Of a stretch of 64,000 nucleotides of DNA, positions 11,501-20,500 are shown piece after piece. Source of the stretch: Nitrosopumilus sp. Its GTDB lineage: Archaea; Thermoproteota; Nitrososphaeria; Nitrososphaerales; Nitrosopumilaceae. Made by a program: the position numbers and the translations under genes. The first letter of the stretch is position 1; the number at the start of each line of letters is the position of its first letter. The stretch spans positions 1,216,001 through 1,280,000 of the forward strand of contig OZ245003.1 in the NCBI GenBank assembly GCA_965223425.1, read 5' to 3'. A model generated the notes under the pieces. The model was given only the letters and a program-made list of their open reading frames with translations, ran no database searches and was not told where the DNA came from.

Positions 11501-14500
11501 GTTGACGGGCTCGACGCCGTCCTGCAACACCGCTGGATCCAGCTCTTGCCTGAGACGCCGCAGGTGCGCATTGTCAATGCCAACCACTCAGAAGCGTCAT
11601 TTCTGGCACCGCAGGTCTCCTCGACTACGGAATTTCTCTTTCTCCTTACCGTGTGGGACCGCACAATCAGCACGGGCACCGACTTTGTCACCATGACTGT
11701 GATAGACGTGGCACCTGACAGGCCCACCGCGCAGGCAGGCCGGGATCAGGAGATAAACGAGGGCTTTACTGTCCACCTCAACGGCCGCGACTCCACTGAT
11801 CCCAACGGCGACCCCCTGACGTACCTGTGGCGCCAGGTGTCCCCTGCCTCCCCGCAGGTCTCCTTTGATAATGCCACCTCCTCCCGGACGTCATTTACGG
11901 CACCGACTGTCTCAAACCAGACTGACTTTGTCTTTGAGCTTGCAGTGGATGACGGACAGGGCAACTCTCACACTGATACTGTCACCGTCACCGTCTTTGA
12001 CAGCGCCTCCAACTCGCCCACAGCTGAGGCAGGCGCAGCCCAGAATGTCACCAAGGGATCCACCGTGCGTCTTGACGGCACCCTGTCCTCGGATCCAAAC
12101 GGCGACCAGCTGACCTACTCGTGGAGTCAGCTCATTCCCAACAGGCCACGTGTGCAGCTAGACGACTCTGCCTCCCCCACGCCGTCATTTACGGTTCCCT
12201 CTTTGACTCTTGGCGACCTGCTTATCTTCGAGCTTATAGTGGATGACGGCAACGGCAACACGGGCAAGGACAATGTAATACTGACTGTCGTAAGACCGCC
12301 CCCAGCTGCCGATGCCGGCCCAAACCAGCACGTGCAGGAAGGAGACACGGTGACCCTTGACGGGACCAACTCGACGGATCCTGACGGCGGCGACGACACC
12401 CTGACGTACTCGTGGTCCCAGACATCCGGCTCCCCTGCCGTATCCCTGGAAAACGCCAACACAACAAGCCCCACATTCAGGGCACCGCAAACCGGCAGTA
12501 CTGCCACCCTAGAGTTCACGCTTACGGCAAGCGACGATTCCTTGTCAAACGGCACTGACACGGTAACTGTCACAGTCTACGACGACCAGACAGTCTTTGC
12601 CAGGTCTGCCACGTACTATGAAAACCACGGCATCCTCGGCATAACCTTCAACAGGGACATCGATAGACTGCCAGGTATTTTATTTGACTTGTTTTCTATC
12701 CGCGAGTCCGGCTCTAATTCTGGCGGCTCGGATCTTGGCTCCTCTGAATGGCTGGAAAACACGGCAGCGCGCAGCACGATGATCTTCATGCTTGACCCGT
12801 CCACGGATGACGCAGTCAGGGCTTTGACATTCCCGGAGATTGACATAGAGGCTTTTGCCGTGTCTGGCACAAATGGCATCCAATTTATGTACGACCAAAC
12901 CGAACTGCCAGTCGTCAAAAGCGGCGCATTTCTTCCGCGGGTAACCACTGCTGTTGCCACTGCCCAAAGCGAGATCACCGTGCGCTTTTTGTCCAACGTC
13001 GACACGGACATAACCAACGGCACGGGATGGTCCGTGGGCGCCTCCGTGGACGTGGGCCTGGAAGAAAACCTTGCCGTAGAGTCAAACTCGGATCCCGGCG
13101 GGACGACAGACGCCATGACGCTTGCGCTAAACGGCTCGCTGCCAACAGGATTCAGGTCAGGTGCCATCTTCCTTGACTACCAGAGGCCGTCTGATGACGG
13201 CACCGGCATCTTCAACGGCACCGAATACCTGGGCAGCACCAACCGCATCTTGCTAACTGACGGCATACCACCGGTAATAGTCAATGCCAGCGCAGCTTCT
13301 CCAACTGCCACGTCAATAACCCTGACCTTCTCAGAGAGGATCACAGGCCAGGCCAACGCCGAAAGCTTTTCGCTCTCGCGTACGGCAGGCAGCGCCACCA
13401 CGACGCCGGTGCCTGCAGTGGTGTCGCAGGTAGAGGCCGGCTCATCTCCCACCATCACGCTTAACCTTAACGGCACCATCGGCAACAACGACCTGGTTAT
13501 CGGCTACAACCGGGATCTGGGAGGCGACAGCAGCATGGCAGACATTGCAGGCAACCCCGTGGCAAGCTTTGCAGACATACCGGTGGCCACGCCGCCTGCG
13601 GATCCCGTTCTGCCTACACCACCGGAAGACGACAGCTACGCGATAGATTCGCCTGTTCCAGTAGCCTCTATCACTGACGGCCAGACCCATTCTAACGGCA
13701 AGACATTTGACGAGCTTAACGGCGTATATGACATCGCCACAGTAAAGATAGACACTAGTACCTACGCCCTGGTTGTAGCAAGCACATTTGGTGCTGACAA
13801 CGGCGTCCAGATAATCGACATTACAGATCCCGCAAATCCCGCACCAGTCGCCTCCTTTGATAAAGGGGATACCGTCACAGTCGGCAATGCAACCAAGACA
13901 TTTGACGAGCTTCTTGGCGCACGAGCTATCACCACAGTAAAGATAGACACTAGTACCTACGCCCTGGTCGCAGCATTCACTGACAACGGCGTCCAGATAA
14001 TCAACGTCACCAATCCCGACTTGCCAGCCCCAGTCGCCTCCTTTGATGACGGGGATACTGTCACAGTCAACGGGACAACCAAGACATTTGACACGCTTCG
14101 AGGTACACGAGCCATCACCACCGTGGATATAGACTCCAGCACGTACGCCCTGGTAGCAGCATCCAATGACGACGGCGTCCAGATAGTCGACATTACAGAT
14201 CCCGCAAAACCCGTCCCAACCGCCTCCTTTGATGACGGGGACATCGTCACAGTTGGCGATACAGAGAAGACGTTTGACGAGCTTAATGGCGCACGGGCCA
14301 TCACCACCGTGGATATAGGTTCCAGCACGTACGCCCTGGTCGCATCATTTAATGACGACGGCGTCCAGATAGTCGACATTACAGATCCCACAAAACCCGT
14401 CCCAACCGCCTCCTTTGATGACGGGGACACCGTCGAAGTCGGCGGGACAAACAAGACATTTGACGAGCTTGATCAGGCAAATGGCATCACCACAGTAAAG

Positions 14501-17500
14501 ATAGATTCCAGCACGTACGCCCTGGTCGCATCATTAGATGACGACGGCGTCCAGATAGTCGACATTACAGATCCCGCAAAACCCGTCCCAACCGCCTCCT
14601 TTGGTGACGGGGACACCGTCACAGTCGGCAATGCAAACAGGACATTTGACGAGCTTGACGGCGCACGGGCCATCACCACCGTGGATATAGGTTCCAGCAC
14701 GTACGCCCTGGTCGCATCATTTAATGACGACGGCGTCCAGATAGTCGACATTACGGATCCCTCAAACCCCTTCCCGACAGCCTCCTTTGATGACGGGGAC
14801 ACCGTCACAGTCAATGGGACAACCAGGACATTTGACGAGCTTGACGGCGCACGGGCCATCACCACCGTGGATATAGGTTCCAGCACGTACGCCCTGGTCG
14901 CATCACTCACTGACAACGGCGTCCAGATAGTCGGCATCTCGTCAAGATCTATTACAAACCAGCCCACTGTAGCCCCAACCCTCGTATCTGTTGAAAGGCA
15001 CGACCCTGCCACACAGAGCACAAACGATACCACCCCGACCTTCAGGGCAACCTTCAGCAAGGCAGTAACCAACGTGGATGCGCCAGACTTTGTGATCATA
15101 GGTGATGCCACAGCGACAGTCTCTGCTGTCACCCCGGTATCTGATACGGTATACCACGTGGAGGTAAACGTGACTGCAGACGGCATAGTCAACCTTGGCA
15201 TTGATGCAGGACACAACATCCAAGATGCCGCAGGCAACTCCCTGTCCGGTACTGAGCCTACCGATACAGACGAGCCATACACCATAGATACTGCTCCGCC
15301 AACCCTCCTGGCCGTTACAAGGATACACCCTGCAGCAGAAAACACAAACGATCGCAACCCGATCTTCAGGGTCATATTCGGCGAGGCAGTCACCAACGTG
15401 GACAAGGAAGACTTTGAGACCTTGGGCAATGCCACTTCAACAGTCTCTTCGGCCACCCGCATATTTGATACCCAATACGACGTGCTGGTAACGGTAACTG
15501 CAGACGGCACGGTCAACCTTGGCATTGATGCAGGACACAACATCACAGATGTTGCAGGCAACGCCCTGTCAGACACGACACCTACCGGAGCAAACGAGCC
15601 ATACACCATAGATACCGTTCAGCCAACCATCCTGTCCATTAAAAGGCATAACCCCCTCACAGAAAACACAACTGATTCCACCCCGACCTTCAGGGTAACC
15701 TTCAGCGAGGAGGTACTTGAGGTGAACAAGCCAGACTTTGCGATCACAGACAGCAGCAGCGCCAATGCGACAGTCTCTACAGTCACCCCTGTACCCGGCA
15801 GTACGGTATACGACGTGGGGGTGACCGTAACTGCAAACGGCACAGTCAGCCTTGTGCTTGCAGGATTACACTATATCATTGATACTGCAAGCAACTCCCT
15901 GTCTCCTGCGGATCCGCCCGTCAGCGAATCATACAATGTCCTCCTCACGCAGGCAGAAAACCGGCAGCCGACAATCACCCTAACCGGCGACAACCCTGCA
16001 ACTGCAGAAAGGTACGTCACGTATACAGATGCCGGGGCAGCCTGCGCCGATCCTGACGGCGATGATATAACGCTTACCAGCTCCTCCAATGTGGACACGG
16101 ACACAGTATCTTTGCCGGCATCTCCTTACCGGTACACCTACTCGTGTACAGACCAACACGGGCTTGCCGCGACAAACAAGACCAGACTCGTCAGTGTGGA
16201 GGATACCGTGAAACCTGTGATTACCCTTGTCGGCCCGGCATCAGTACCGCTGACAGTGGGCGACACATACACGGAAGAAGGGGCAACCTGCACTGACTCT
16301 GGCCGTCTGCTTGGTGCTGCCAGTATCGGCGGCGCTACGGTGGACACGGCTGTCGTCAACGAGTACGATGTGGTGTATGCCTGCTCAGACGGGTACAACA
16401 ACGCTATTCCGGTAACCAGGACCGTAACTGTTACAGAGCCCACGATAACGCCACCACCACCGGACGTCAACGTCCCCCCATCTGCGTCAATCAGCGCGCC
16501 TCCCCGGGCAGCAGAGGGAACGCAGGTAACCCTTGACGGGAGCGGCTCGACAGACACTGACGGCACCATACAATCATACAACTGGACTGCCAGCAACCCG
16601 GCAGTAGCCATCACCGGCAGCAACCTGCCAACTGCATCATTTATTGCGCCCCAGGTCACAGAGGACACTTCTCTGGCCATCACGCTGAAGGTAACTGACG
16701 ACGACGGCGCCACAAACTCTGCACAGCACAACATGACCATAACCAACACAAGCCCGCCACCTGACGACAGTGCCGCCCCGACGTTTACTGCCAGGACCGG
16801 CCCTGCCACAAACCAGATAACTGTAACATTCTCCAAGGCCGTCAACAGCACTGCTGACTCCCACGCAGCATGGGGCGTGGCAGGAAGCACGGTCACCGCA
16901 GTCACCGGCCTTGACGGGACAGGCAATACTGCAACCCTGACGCTGCAAAGCCCGGTACAGCCGCCTGATGCAACGCCTGCCGTAACATACAATGCCGATG
17001 CGGGGGACATCTCAGATGTTGCAGGCAACCCGCTGGCAACTGCAACTGTCACTGCTGCTGCGGGACATCCTGCAGGTCTTCACATCCACCTGATCGGCGA
17101 TGCCTTCCTATACCACACATACGGGGAACCGTACACCGACAAGGGCGCCCTGTGCCATGACGCAGACGGAAACGACATAACTGACACCGGCGACTATGAA
17201 AACCCGCCATACCTGAATCAGACGCAGACAATAAACGCCACCCTTCATGCAGATACCGTTCTTAATTTTACCCACCAATCCCAAAACGAGTACCGCCCCT
17301 TTGATCCGCAGGAGGTAATATACAAGTGTGCTACCTCGCCGTCTGAATTCGTAGAGGAGACCAGGACCGTAGCCCTGCGTGATGACACACCTCCTGAAAT
17401 CCGACTAAACGGGCCACGCGACGTGGATCTGGAGATAGGCGAGACATTTGAGGAGACTGCCACATGCACTGACGCTCCTCTCAAATACCAGACAGAACTT

Positions 17501-20500
17501 CTAAACGCCGCATTTTATCTGACTTTTCGCATCTCTTTCCTCCCTGACGGGTACCAAGACACCGCAGGAGAGCACACGATAAGCTACACATGTTCGGACT
17601 CTAAAGGCAACGACGCAGAGGATACAAGCAGGACGCTTCATGTAGGCACGCCTGACAACACGCCACCCGTGCTTGCAGTCAACCCCGGTGTGGTGACCAC
17701 CCTGGCAAACGGCACGCATGTAGTACGGCAGGATGTCGGCTTTGCAGCAGCAGGTGACGGCGGCGGCCTGCAGTCCGCAGTATCATGCACCGATAACAGG
17801 GACAGCACCCCTGCAATCACGCTGGATCCTGCCACGGTGGACACCTCAGTTAGCGGCGCCCACACCATAACGTACTCCTGCACGGATGCTGCCGGCAACC
17901 CATCTAATGATATAACAGTAACCTGGGATTTCGGTCCTGCAGCCCCCGTGCTTGCAGTAACGCCCGGAGACACCCAAGTCACGCTGGCACTCGACGCGTC
18001 ATACGAGATCCCCGCAGCATCCTGCACAGACCACAGGGACGGCGACATCACCGGCACCGGGATTGTAACTGCCATCTCGTCTGGAGGCCAGCCAGTCGAC
18101 GAAATAGACACCTCCTCTGCAGGCACATACGGTATAACGTACTCCTGCACGGACTCTGATGACAACACCTCAGAGCACAACGTGACAGTCACAATCCTGC
18201 CTGCCGTAGTTGACAGCACGCCGCCTACCATAGTGCTAAACCCGCCTGAAATCATATTTGTTCCAGTCGGGGGCAGCTTTGCAGATGCTGATACCGGCGC
18301 CCTCTGCATTGATGGCCAGGGCAATATCATAGAAGGCAGAACCACCGTGGATGCCACCGCACTTGACACGGCCGTTCTTGGCAACCACACCGTGACGTAC
18401 TCCTGCACGGTTTCTGAAGAAAACCCCCAGTCTAGCACCATATCAAGGACAGTCAGCGTGTACGGATTCACCGTAAACGGAAACATCGCCGACTTTGCAA
18501 CTGACATCACCACCTCTGATGACTACGAGGAAGGCATAATCCAAAACATTACGAATATTGAGAATCCATACCAAAGCATAAAGTATTACGATACAGCCGG
18601 GCAAGACACCGACTCTTTTGACAATCAAACACGCCCGGCAGGAACCTATACCGTACAGTATACCGTGTCTACCCCAATGTCGTCCCCGCCCATAACCTAC
18701 ACCATCACAGAGACAGTAACCGTGGTAAACGCCACCACGCAGCCAGACGGCAACACGCCCCCAATTGTGGCAATCAGCGTAGTACCTGAAGTAGAGGCAG
18801 CAGAGGGAACGCTGGTATCCCTTGACGGGACTAACTCGAGGGATGATGACGGCACCATATCATCATACGCGTGGACCACCGACGATGCGTCCATCGCAAT
18901 AACTGATGCTGACCGGCCAACTGCATCATTTACGGCGCCCCAGGTCACAGAAGACACTCCTCTGCTCATCACGCTGCGTGTAACTGACAACCAAGGCGCT
19001 CCAGGCTCTGCACAGTATACCCTGATCATAACTGACAGCGAGTCTCCTGTCGTACCTGACACCACGCCTCCAACATTTACGGTAGACGGCCACACAGGCG
19101 ACTTTGAGACGTCCCTAACAGAAGGCCAGACCTACAGGAACGGCAAGATAGATAACATCAACGAGACTGGCAGCCATCCGACCAGCACGGAGATAAGGTA
19201 CTACAGCGGCACCGGCGATGTCATCACCACCACTGACGAAAACGAGATCAACTCCATTAACAATACCAGGCCTGCCATCGGAGGCTACACCATACAGTAC
19301 CGCGTCTCTGACTCGGCCGTTTCACCAAACACCCACACAATCACAGAGACACTCACCGTGCGCGCACCTGCCACGGTAACCATAGGGGCAATCGTCTCGA
19401 CTACCGGCTCCATCTCGTCACTTGGCATACCTGCAAATGACGCCATACACCTGGCAGTAAATGACTTTAACGACAGATACCTTGCGCCAAAGGAGGCCGC
19501 ATGGAGGCTTGCAGTGTCTGGGTATGATGATAGGTCTACTTCTGAGGGCGCAATTGCAGCACTGGAACTGCTTGCAGGCAGCAACATAACCTCCATTGTG
19601 GGGCCCCTCACAAGCGATGCGCTGTCTGCAGTAAAGGGCCACGCCCTGTTTGATGAGCCGCCAAGGCTTGCCATAAGCTACGCATCCACTGCGCCTGCGG
19701 AGGATCTCAAGCAGAAAGACGACCGCGTCTTTAGGACAGTCCCTGATGATTCCAACACAGTCAGGGCGTACGTCAGCCTCTTTGAGGCAGACTCTGTGGA
19801 TTACGTGATTCCGGTGTTCCGCAACGACGCGTGGGGGGTAGCACTGAACCGGACCCTTGCAGATGAAATTGATGATCATAACAACAACAACAACAACAAC
19901 AACGAAATAACCGTACACGGCGGAATACTGTACGACCCTGACACCGTGTCACTTTCTGCCAACACAACGCTTGCCTTGCTGAATGACACGCTAAGTCGGG
20001 ATTCCGTCAGTGAAAAGGCCCCCGCAGTGGTGGTGTTCGGATTTAGTGAGACCCTTGACATACTCGACGAGGCTGCAGCCACTGCGAATCTGCCTGCAGC
20101 AAAGTGGTACGGCAGCGACGCCGTGGCGCCATCAAAGCTGCTTGAGGGTGATACCACACGGGACGAGAATCGCAGGGCATTCCTTGAGCGCACCGACTAT
20201 AACGTGCTCACCCTTGCAATAGACCAAAACGAGGCAAACAAGAGGATAGACCGCTCTGTGGACAACGCTGACGTATACTCTTATGCGGCATACGATGCAG
20301 TATACATACTCGGCACTGCCATACACCTCAACGGCGGCCCTGCAGGCAATGTGGTCAACGGGGGCCTGATTGGCAACATCACGCAGGTAGCAGACAACGC
20401 AAACGGGCACTACACAGACCCTGCCATGGGCAACACCACGCTCAACGAGTACGGCGACCTGCTGCAGGCTGACTACTTTGTCCTCTCCCTTGATGCAGGC

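Noticed and set aside
4860-12900. DGR template/variable repeat pair among the giant-gene modules
   Set aside because: Differences between copies are not adenine-specific, and no reverse transcriptase is present in the window.
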